Of a DNA stretch of 39,838 nt, positions 16,825 to 24,886 are shown one piece after another. Position 1 is the stretch's first letter. Every line of letters starts with the position of its first letter. The stretch is from a virus. Its lineage: Duplodnaviria > Caudoviricetes. The notes under the pieces were generated by a model that was not told the DNA's origin, did not search any database, and saw only the letters and a program-made list of their open reading frames with translations. The DNA lies in IMG/VR virus record IMGVR_UViG_3300017777_001079, positions 1-39,838 of that record; one strand, written 5' to 3'. The position numbers were made by a program, and so were the translations under genes.

Positions 16825-17535
16825 ATGGCCTACAACTACACCACCTACCGAGCCGCCCTGGCCGAACTGATGGTCACGACGACGGCGGAGGCGGACTTCG
16901 TCGCGATCTTGCCGAGCATCATCGATTACGCCGAGCAGCGCTGCTACCGCGAACTCGACTTGCTCAACACGGTGGTTCGAGACTCCACCGGCGTTCTCTC
17001 GGCCAGCAACCGAAACTTTACGCTGCCGACCAGCCTCGGCACCTTTATTGTGGTCAATGGCATCAATGTGGTGACGCCGGCCGGGACGGCGCCGGACGCC
17101 GGAACGCGCAAGCCGCTCGTCCCGACCACGCGGGATTATCTCGATCTCGCATGGCCGAGCGCCACCGGCGCGACGGTGCCATCGCTCTACGCCATGATCA
17201 CGCAGTCGACGATCGTGGTCGGCCCGTGGCCGGATGCCGCCTATGTGGTCGAGGTGATTGGGACGCAGCGGCCAACTCCGCTCAGCGCGTCCAACACGTC
17301 GACATTCCTGACCGCAAATCTTCCCGACCTGTTCATGGCCGCCTCGATGGTCTTTGCCTCGGGGTTCATGCGCAATTTCGGCTCGCAGGCCGACGACCCC
17401 AAAATGGCTCAATCCTGGGAGACGCAATACAAGACGCTGTTCGCGTCGGCCAACATCGAAGAGATGCGCAAGAAATATCAGTCCGCCGGCTGGTCATCGC
17501 AGAGTCCTGCGCCGCTCGCTTCACCGCGGACCTGA
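16825..17535 (+). CDS. Second adaptor-like tail protein
   Basis: 'YTTY...L......F...LP.IIDYAEQRCYREL', 'VGPWPDAAY.VE', 'TFL....PDL...ASM', 'WETQY'. Confidence 0.75.
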   Translation: MAYNYTTYRAALAELMVTTTAEADFVAILPSIIDYAEQRCYRELDLLNTVVRDSTGVLSASNRNFTLPTSLGTFIVVNGINVVTPAGTAPDAGTRKPLVPTTRDYLDLAWPSATGATVPSLYAMITQSTIVVGPWPDAAYVVEVIGTQRPTPLSASNTSTFLTANLPDLFMAASMVFASGFMRNFGSQADDPKMAQSWETQYKTLFASANIEEMRKKYQSAGWSSQSPAPLASPRT

Positions 17536-17538
17536 TCG

Positions 17539-19557
17539 ATGCCGAACGGCGCCGTTATCCTCCGCCCGGGGGTCAATGTCGAATTCACCCCGGCATTCAA
17601 TGAGGCGGGGATCTCGTCCTGCGACTTGATCCGGTTTCGCGATGGGCTGACGGAAAAGCTCGGAGGCTGGACGCAGTTCTATGACTTCCCGATCGGTTCG
17701 ACGGTGCGGTCGCTGCACGCATGGCAGGACCTGGATTCCGATCGGTGGCTTGGGGTCGGGGCGCTTTCCTCGCTCAGCGTGATCTCGGAAGGCGTCCGCA
17801 CCACCATCACGCCGCAGACGACAACCACCAACCCGGCGGTGGATTTCTCCACTACGAACTCAAGCCCGACGGTTACGATTGTGGACGCCGGGATTACGCC
17901 GAGCACGCTCAATACGATTTTCATCTCGACGCAGGTTGCGATTGGGGGCCTGATCCTGTTCGGGGTGTACCCGATCGCGACGGTAACGGGCGCGACATCC
18001 TATACGATCACGGCATCATCAAACGCCAACGCGACCGTGGCGAACGCAGGGGCGGTCCCGGCCTACACCACGACGAACGGATCATCCACCGTTTCCGTTG
18101 CTCTCGTCGCGCATGGGCTTGCGGCAGGAGATACTTTTTACGCTCTGGTCTCGACCGTTGTCGGCGGGGTGACGGTTTCCGGGCAATATCTCGTCCAAAG
18201 CGCCACCGCCAACGCCTTCACCATCCTGGTCGCTTCCCCGGCCACATCGGGAGCAACGGTTTCGGAAAATTCCGGGGCCGCGCGGATCAAGTATTTCATC
18301 ACGATCGGCCCGCAGTCGGCCGCATCGGGGTACGGGCTTGGTGGCTACGGGATGGGCGGTTACGGCCTTGGCGTCGCGCCGGCGACCGGTTCCGGGACAC
18401 CGATTACATCGACCGACTGGACCCAGGACAATTGGGGCGAAATCCTTCTTGCGTGTCCGGAGTTGGGACCGATCTACACTTGGCGGCCGAGCACCGGATT
18501 CCAGACCGCGTCGATCATCGAAGCCGCGCCGATCGTCAATACCGGCATGTTTGTCGCCATGCCGCAGCAGCAGATCGTGGCCTACGGTTCTTCGGTTATC
18601 GCGGGCGTGCATGACCCGCTGCTTGTGCGCTGGTGCGATGTGTCCGACTACGATCAATGGACCGCATCCGCGATCAATCAGGCCGGGTCCTTCCGCATCC
18701 CCTCCGGGTCGCGCCTGGTGGGCGGGCTGCAGGCGCCGTTGCGGGGGCTGCTGTGGACCGACATCGACCTGTGGTCGATGCAATATGTCGGTCCCTCCGA
18801 TGTGTACGGCTTCAACAAGTTGCTCAGCGGGTGCGGGCTCGTCGGCAAGCACGCGATGGGCGTGCTCGGCGGGGCGGTCTATTGGATGGCGCTCAATCAG
18901 TTCTTCTGGATGGGGTCGGGTGGGCCGCAACCGCTGCCCTGCACGGTCTGGGATGTGGTGTTCCAGGACATCGACACCGACAATCTGGAGAAAGTCGTCT
19001 GCGCGGTGAATTCCTCCTTCTCGGAGGTGACTTGGTACTATCCGTCTGCATCCGGCGGCACCGGCGCGATCGACAAGTATGTGAAGTTCAACCCGCTCGA
19101 GAAGGCATGGGATTACGGGTCGCTCGCCCGCACCGCATGGATCGATCAATCGGTTCTCGGGGAACCTATCGGGTCCGGGACCGACCAATTCCTCTATCAG
19201 CACGAGACGTCGCGCAACGCTGACGGCTCGCCGATGAATTCGTTCTTCGAGAGCGGCTATTTCGTTCTGGCGGAAGGGCAGGAATTCGTCTTCATCGACA
19301 TGCTCTACCCGGACATGAAGTGGGGGACGTTCGGGGGTGACGGCGATGCGAGCGTGCAGATCACGGTCTACACCGTCGATTACCCCTCGGCACCGCGGCG
19401 CACGCATGGCCCCTACACGATGACCGAGGCGTCGACCTTCATCAACACGCGATGCCGCGGCCGTCTCGCCGCTATTCGCATCGAAAGCAGCGACCTCGGC
19501 AGCTTCTGGCGGGCGGGTCGTATCCGCTATCGCTTTGCGCAGGACGGGCGGAGATAA
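17539..19557 (+). CDS. Tail nozzle / packaged-DNA stabilisation protein (P22 gp10/T7 gp12-like)
   Basis: 'RPGVN', 'IRFRDG..EKLGGW', 'YGLGGYGMGGYG', 'DNWGE', 'DPLLVRWCD', 'RTAWID', C-terminal 'DGRR'. Confidence 0.8.
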   Translation: MPNGAVILRPGVNVEFTPAFNEAGISSCDLIRFRDGLTEKLGGWTQFYDFPIGSTVRSLHAWQDLDSDRWLGVGALSSLSVISEGVRTTITPQTTTTNPAVDFSTTNSSPTVTIVDAGITPSTLNTIFISTQVAIGGLILFGVYPIATVTGATSYTITASSNANATVANAGAVPAYTTTNGSSTVSVALVAHGLAAGDTFYALVSTVVGGVTVSGQYLVQSATANAFTILVASPATSGATVSENSGAARIKYFITIGPQSAASGYGLGGYGMGGYGLGVAPATGSGTPITSTDWTQDNWGEILLACPELGPIYTWRPSTGFQTASIIEAAPIVNTGMFVAMPQQQIVAYGSSVIAGVHDPLLVRWCDVSDYDQWTASAINQAGSFRIPSGSRLVGGLQAPLRGLLWTDIDLWSMQYVGPSDVYGFNKLLSGCGLVGKHAMGVLGGAVYWMALNQFFWMGSGGPQPLPCTVWDVVFQDIDTDNLEKVVCAVNSSFSEVTWYYPSASGGTGAIDKYVKFNPLEKAWDYGSLARTAWIDQSVLGEPIGSGTDQFLYQHETSRNADGSPMNSFFESGYFVLAEGQEFVFIDMLYPDMKWGTFGGDGDASVQITVYTVDYPSAPRRTHGPYTMTEASTFINTRCRGRLAAIRIESSDLGSFWRAGRIRYRFAQDGRR

Positions 19558-19559
19558 TC

Positions 19560-19778
19560 ATGGCGAGCCTCGACGACGTTCTCGCCGCCCTGCAAAACGG
19601 TGTGCAGGCGATGAATGCTTTGAGGGCGGTCATCGACGCCAAGTTCCCGGATTGGGTCGACGTGCCCGCGAGTGCGTCCGCTACGGGAACTCCGGGGCAG
19701 GTCGCTTACGCGCCCGGGTTTTTTTACATCTGCGTGTCCGCAAATACATGGCAGCGCGTCGCAATAGCGACCTTCTAG
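19560..19778 (+). CDS. Small tail protein (72 aa, MASLDDVL...)
   Basis: GGAGA RBS; 'VPASASATGTPGQVAY...FFYICVSANTWQRVAI' fibre-type motif. Confidence 0.75.
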   Translation: MASLDDVLAALQNGVQAMNALRAVIDAKFPDWVDVPASASATGTPGQVAYAPGFFYICVSANTWQRVAIATF

Positions 19779-19841
19779 CTTCCCTCACCTTTCACCGCGT
19801 TCTGACCGGTTGGCTCGCCTCGCGCGCCACAAGGATTTCGC

Positions 19842-21368
19842 ATGGCATCGACCTATACCGACAATTTCGAGCTGCAAAAGCAGGGCGTCGGCGACAACGT
19901 CGACACCTGGGGCGACCCAACCCTGAACACCAATGTCATCGGGCGGCTCGACGCCGCGATGGGCGCGACAACGACGGTTGCGCTGGTATCCTCGAACGTC
20001 ACCCTGACCCAGACGCAATGGCGATCAAAGTGTCTCAAGCTGACCGGAACGCTCGGTGCGAACATCAATCTCTCGCTCCCGCTCAGCGTCAATTCGTCCG
20101 GCAGCGCTACGGCGGTCGGCGGCGAATTCATCATCGACAACCAGACCTCCGGCGCCTTCACCATCACCGTGAAGACGGCTGCGACGGGATCCACCGGGGT
20201 TGAGGTGCCGCAAGGCTTCCGCTCAATCCTCTTTTCCGACACCGTCCACGTCACCTATGCCGACGACCAGGCGCGGTCGACGATACAAACCTACGCCGGG
20301 AATCCGAACGGCAATGTCGCGGGCTCGGCCGGTTCGAGCACGACCCCGGCCTCGATGCGGTACGACCGCACCAACGGCATCCTCTATGTCTGTACGACGT
20401 CGGGTGTGGCGGCGGCGGCGGTTTGGACCGCAATCAACGGACCGGTGCAGGAGCCGCAGGGCTACCTGACGCCGAGTTCGGATGTGAACAACGTCGTCAT
20501 CACTGGAGATTCCATCGGCGCGACGTCGCTCTATTACACCCCCTATACGGGCAACTCGTGCCCTCTGTTTAACGGCACAGTTTTTGTGCCGACCGTATTC
20601 TCCCAGCAGACGCTGGCGCTCTCCGCCTCGCAATCTGCATCCGCCATCTACGATGTTTACGGGTTTCTGGACGGAACCACCTTCCGCGTCGGGTTCGGGC
20701 CGTCTTGGGCGGCCGGCACCGGCGGGGCAGTCACCGCTCCATGTGCACGCGGAACGGGCGTCGGCGGGGCGGCGATCCAGCGGCAGAGCGGTATCTGGCT
20801 CAACACCGCAGCGATGACCATGACAAACGGAGCGTTGACTTATTCGGTCGCGGCGCTACGCGGGACCGTCATCGCCACCGTGTTTATCGACGCAACGCAA
20901 GGGCAGGTGACGTGTCACCGGACCTACGGTCAGAGCCGAAAATGGGGCGTGTGGAACTTCTACAATCGGTTGCCGATCTATCTGAAAGAAGGAGACCCGA
21001 ACGGCAACTGGACTTATGAGTCCGGGACGGTGCGTCCGTCGGACAACACCACCGCCAACAGCCTGACGGTACTCTGCGGGTTGGCGGAAGAAATCATCTC
21101 CGTAAAATTCTCTCAGCAAACGTCCGTCAGCGCCAGTAAGGACATTGCGGTCGGCATAGGCTGGAACTCAACCACAGGGTTTACCGGGTTCACCGGGGCG
21201 CACTCTGGAGGTAGTTCCTCGGTTATTCGTCAGACCGCGGAATATATCTCGCCACCGTCGCTTGGGATCAACGTGGCAACCGCCTTGGAATCCAGCTCGG
21301 CGTCATCGTCCGCAGTCTTCTATGGCACTGAAACCAACATGCTTCTTACTGCAATGTGGAGCGGCTGA
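19842..21368 (+). CDS. Tail spike/fibre protein
   Basis: AAGGA RBS; 'MASTYT..FEL....G....TWG...N.N' N-terminus, 'YAGNPNGNVAG', 'LYYTPYTGN'. Confidence 0.8.
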   Translation: MASTYTDNFELQKQGVGDNVDTWGDPTLNTNVIGRLDAAMGATTTVALVSSNVTLTQTQWRSKCLKLTGTLGANINLSLPLSVNSSGSATAVGGEFIIDNQTSGAFTITVKTAATGSTGVEVPQGFRSILFSDTVHVTYADDQARSTIQTYAGNPNGNVAGSAGSSTTPASMRYDRTNGILYVCTTSGVAAAAVWTAINGPVQEPQGYLTPSSDVNNVVITGDSIGATSLYYTPYTGNSCPLFNGTVFVPTVFSQQTLALSASQSASAIYDVYGFLDGTTFRVGFGPSWAAGTGGAVTAPCARGTGVGGAAIQRQSGIWLNTAAMTMTNGALTYSVAALRGTVIATVFIDATQGQVTCHRTYGQSRKWGVWNFYNRLPIYLKEGDPNGNWTYESGTVRPSDNTTANSLTVLCGLAEEIISVKFSQQTSVSASKDIAVGIGWNSTTGFTGFTGAHSGGSSSVIRQTAEYISPPSLGINVATALESSSASSSAVFYGTETNMLLTAMWSG

Positions 21369-21369
21369 C

Positions 21370-22029
21370 ATGCCTTTGATCAAGAGCGGAAGCGATGCCG
21401 CGTTCAAGGCCAACGTCGGCGCCGAGGTTCGCGGTGGCCGCGATCAGAAGCAAGCGCTCGCGATCGCGTATCGCGTTCAGCGCGACGCCAAGGCGAAGAA
21501 ACGCGGGGCCGGAGGCCGAGTCCCGGGCTATGCGCCGGGCGGCATGGTCAATGTTGGCCCCAAGGCACCGCCATTTCAGATGCGCAACGCGGCGCGGCAA
21601 ATGGGTCGACCGAGCGGAATCATCGCGTCTGCCGTGCCGGGGCGCACGGACAAAATCCCGATGTCGCCGAAGGGCGGCAGCTACGTCATCCCGGCCGATG
21701 TGGTCTCGAGCATCGGCCAGGGCAACACGATGGCGGGCGCACGCGGGCTCAATCAGCTTTTCAAGATGGGGCCGTTCGGCGTCGCCGCGCCAAAGATCGG
21801 AATCCCCCGGCGCCCCGGCAAGTTCGCGGCGGGTGGTGACGTCGGCGACGGCGCGCCGGTCGACATCATGGCGGCGGGCGGGGAATTCGTGGTGCCACCT
21901 GAGAAGGTTGCGGAGATAGGCGGCGGCGACGTCCAGCGCGGGCATGAAGTTCTCGACGCGATGATCGCCCAGACCCGCAAGAAGACGATCAAGACTTTGC
22001 GCAAATTGCCGGGGCCGAAGAAACGATGA
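21370..22029 (+). CDS. Probable internal virion protein with (F/Y)AxGG motifs (219 aa, MPLIKSGS...)
   Basis: 'MPL.K..S..AF..NV..E...GR..KQA.AIAY', 'GRTD.IP', 'YVIPADVVS', 'GEFVVPP'. ATG at 21370 follows the previous stop. Confidence 0.8.
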   Translation: MPLIKSGSDAAFKANVGAEVRGGRDQKQALAIAYRVQRDAKAKKRGAGGRVPGYAPGGMVNVGPKAPPFQMRNAARQMGRPSGIIASAVPGRTDKIPMSPKGGSYVIPADVVSSIGQGNTMAGARGLNQLFKMGPFGVAAPKIGIPRRPGKFAAGGDVGDGAPVDIMAAGGEFVVPPEKVAEIGGGDVQRGHEVLDAMIAQTRKKTIKTLRKLPGPKKR

Positions 22030-22544
22030 CATCCCCCTCGGTCGTTCGTCCAGCGGCTCCCGCTGACCTCCCGGAAATCTGGCGTCTGTTCCGGATGCTG
22101 CATGCGGAGAACGCGATCTTCGCCATTTCCGATCCGAAGGTGCAATTCTATCTGGACCGATTGCTGCACCCCGGGCGGATCGACAAGAGCGATACAGGGC
22201 CTCGGGGCTTCATTGGCGTGATCGGGCCGCATGGCGCGCTCGAAGGGTGCATCATGCTGACGATTGGGGCGGTCTGGTATTCGGAAGACTGGACGCTCGA
22301 CGAGCATCTGAATTTCGTTGACCCCGCTCACCGGGCATCCAGCCACGCCAAAGCGCTGATTTCCTACGCCAAGAATTGCGCGGAGAAAATCGGGGTGCGG
22401 CTGGTCATTGGCGTTCTTTCGACCAAGCGGACGGCGGCGAAGGTCCGTCTGTATGAGCGTCAATTGACACCAGCAGGCGCGTTCTTTGTTCATCCGGCCC
22501 CGCCGGACATTGAACCGCGCAAGCGCCTCTACAGGACACAATAA
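22026..22544 (+). CDS. GNAT-fold acetyltransferase-like protein
   Basis: 'VRPA..ADLPEI' N-terminus, 'FVDPAHR....AKALI..A', 'RLYER'. Confidence 0.75.
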   Translation: MTSPSVVRPAAPADLPEIWRLFRMLHAENAIFAISDPKVQFYLDRLLHPGRIDKSDTGPRGFIGVIGPHGALEGCIMLTIGAVWYSEDWTLDEHLNFVDPAHRASSHAKALISYAKNCAEKIGVRLVIGVLSTKRTAAKVRLYERQLTPAGAFFVHPAPPDIEPRKRLYRTQ

Positions 22545-22546
22545 CC

Positions 22547-24886
22547 ATGGGCGGCAAGAACAACACCAAGACGGGAACGTCCAACCAGACGTACACCCCG
22601 GCGGGAGCGTCGCAACTCCAGGAAATCTGGAACCGCGTCCAAAGCGCGGCCTCTACTCCTTACACGCCCTATGGCGGCCAAATGGTTGCCGGGCTCAATC
22701 AGACCCAGCGGGGCGGCATCGACAAGATCGTCGGCGCCACCGGCGACCTTGATACCGCGCGCGGCTACGCGACGAGCGGCGCGGCGGCGATCGAGCCCGG
22801 GGAGATCGAGCGCTATTACAATCCTTTCCAGCGCGACGTGATCGAGGCGACCCAACGCAATTTCGCCGAGAGCAATGCGCAGGCCGACGAGCGGATGAAG
22901 GGCAACTCCATCGCGCGCGGGGCATGGGGCGGGGATCGAGCGAATATCGGCCGATCCGAGCTTATGCGGTCGCAAAAGATCGCGCAGGATCCGGTGATCG
23001 CGGGGCTCAACAGCCAAGGGTTCAATCTGGCGCTTGCGGCGGCTCAGGCTGATCGCGCCGCGAAGGCGCAGGGCGGCTATCAATTCGGCGCGCTGCACAA
23101 TTCGGCGCTCGCTGGCGGCCAATCCCAGATCGGCGCCGGCTCGCTCGAGCAGGGCACGGATCAGGCCCGGCTCAATGCGGCCTATCAGCAATACCTCCAG
23201 GCGCAGGCGTTCCCATACCAGCAGGCGCAATTCATGGCGTCGACCGGGTTGCCGACGGTCAGCGCAATGGGGGGCTCGCAGAGCGGGTCGAGCACCAGCC
23301 CCACACCCGGACCGAGCCCATTGAGCCAAATCGCGGGGCTTGGCCTCACGGCAGCATCGATCTTCGGGGCTCCGTTCACCGGCGGCGCGTCTCTTGCTGG
23401 TGTTGGTGCTGGTGCCAGCATGATGGGGGCGGGGAATAAAGCGGCGCGCGGAGGGCGGATCAGCATGTCCCGTGGCGGGCGCACTCGTCCCCGCGGCTTC
23501 GACCACGGCGGCTTTGTGGAGCGCGTGCAATCCATCCGGGAGATGCTGCGCGGCGGCCGGGTCATGGAAGCGAGCCGCGACCCGAACGGAATCTATGTGC
23601 CGCACGGCTTCGCCGACGGTGGCGACGTCGGTTTCAACGACCGCTGGGGCGGGTTCCCGGTGTTCGATGCCGGCGACGGGGCGGGGAGCATGGAGGCCGC
23701 GCGCGGGATCATGGGCCTGCAGGACGTGCCGCCGGCCGCGATGGATGCCTGGCGGCGGTCGAGCGACGTCGCGGCAAGCGACATAATCGGTCCGGGCGAT
23801 GTCCCGCCGAGCTATGCTGGGCTGCCGCCGATCATGCGGCCGACCCCGATGCCGATGCCGGTCGAGGCGCTCGGCTATAGTGGCGCTCCGGCGCGCGGGC
23901 CGGGGCTGTCTGCCCCGCCGATGATGGTGGCCCCGGAAGCGGCTGGGCCCTCGCCGTTCGCGCGCCCGGCACCGGCCGAAGCCCCGTCCGGTGGCGGCGG
24001 TCTGTTCAATCTCTCCGAAGATTCCCGGCTCGGTATGTTGTCGGCCGGCCTTGGCATGATGGCATCGAACAACCCGAGCGCTCTCGGCGCGATCGGGGAG
24101 GGTGGCCTGCAAGGCGTGAAACAATATGCGGATGCCAAGAAGAGCAAGCAGAGCAATGAAATCCAGGCCCGCAAATTGATCCAGGATGCGGAGCAGTTCG
24201 CGAAGGGTATTGATCTCCGGGAAAAGACGCTGAAGGAGACCGAGCGCTATCACAATATTGTCGGCGAAGATCGGAAGGAGACGGTGGCGGAGCGGAAGCG
24301 TGCGGCGCAAGAGCGGTCGGATGACCGCCGCGATGCCGCGTCCCGCACCGCCTACCCGGGCGAAGGCCTGGACGGCGAGGGAAAGACCGTGAAGGGCCTC
24401 TATCAATTCAATCCGGATACCCGGGAATACGACTTCAAACCGGGCAAGGTGATCCAGAAGGGCGCGGGCTCTGGCGCTGCCAAGGAAGGCCAGACCGAGC
24501 GCCTGATCAAACAATTGAAAGAGGAAAATCCGAACCTCACAACGGCCGAGGCGATTGCGCTCACCAAGCGTGCGCCGGACGGCGACCAGATGGCGATCCG
24601 TCGCGAGAGCCTCGCTCTCTCTGCCGCCAAGGCCGACCTCGGCTATCTGCGCGACCCGAGCGGCACGCTGGAGAAGTGGCGGAAGCAATACGGTCTCGGC
24701 GCGGCCCCCGCCGCTCCTGGTGCCACCGCGCCAGCGGCCGCGCCGAAGCCGCCGCCCGCGGCGACCGCCGCACCTCCGCCGCGTCCTGCCACCGTCCCGC
24801 CCGGCTCGCAATACAGCCCGTCCCGCAAGATGTGGCGCGATCCCAGCGGGAAAATCTATGACGCGGCCGGTAACCCCGTGCAGTAA
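22547..24886 (+). CDS. DNA ejection / internal virion protein
   Basis: 'MGGKNNTKT' start, 'YTPYGGQMVAGL', 'YYNPFQRDV', 'GAWGGDR', Q/A/G-rich helices, hydrophobic 'IAGLGLTAASIFG'; TAATG overlap with the giant gene. Confidence 0.75.
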   Translation: MGGKNNTKTGTSNQTYTPAGASQLQEIWNRVQSAASTPYTPYGGQMVAGLNQTQRGGIDKIVGATGDLDTARGYATSGAAAIEPGEIERYYNPFQRDVIEATQRNFAESNAQADERMKGNSIARGAWGGDRANIGRSELMRSQKIAQDPVIAGLNSQGFNLALAAAQADRAAKAQGGYQFGALHNSALAGGQSQIGAGSLEQGTDQARLNAAYQQYLQAQAFPYQQAQFMASTGLPTVSAMGGSQSGSSTSPTPGPSPLSQIAGLGLTAASIFGAPFTGGASLAGVGAGASMMGAGNKAARGGRISMSRGGRTRPRGFDHGGFVERVQSIREMLRGGRVMEASRDPNGIYVPHGFADGGDVGFNDRWGGFPVFDAGDGAGSMEAARGIMGLQDVPPAAMDAWRRSSDVAASDIIGPGDVPPSYAGLPPIMRPTPMPMPVEALGYSGAPARGPGLSAPPMMVAPEAAGPSPFARPAPAEAPSGGGGLFNLSEDSRLGMLSAGLGMMASNNPSALGAIGEGGLQGVKQYADAKKSKQSNEIQARKLIQDAEQFAKGIDLREKTLKETERYHNIVGEDRKETVAERKRAAQERSDDRRDAASRTAYPGEGLDGEGKTVKGLYQFNPDTREYDFKPGKVIQKGAGSGAAKEGQTERLIKQLKEENPNLTTAEAIALTKRAPDGDQMAIRRESLALSAAKADLGYLRDPSGTLEKWRKQYGLGAAPAAPGATAPAAAPKPPPAATAAPPPRPATVPPGSQYSPSRKMWRDPSGKIYDAAGNPVQ

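Noticed and set aside
16818-17603. Same-strand alternative-frame ORFs such as 16818-17603, 11317-12258, 17721-18614 and 25763-26617 as nested genes
   Set aside because: Arg/Pro-rich translations, and codon bias favours the main frame, unlike the 27116 nested ORF.
19711-19730. GGGTTTTTTT run as frameshift site or terminator
   Set aside because: Codon phase (GGG TTT TTT TAC) does not fit an X XXY YYZ slippery site and the upstream stem is poor.
13343-21368. Diversity-generating retroelement or invertase-switched tail fibres
   Set aside because: No reverse transcriptase, recombinase or template/variable repeat pair seen in the window.
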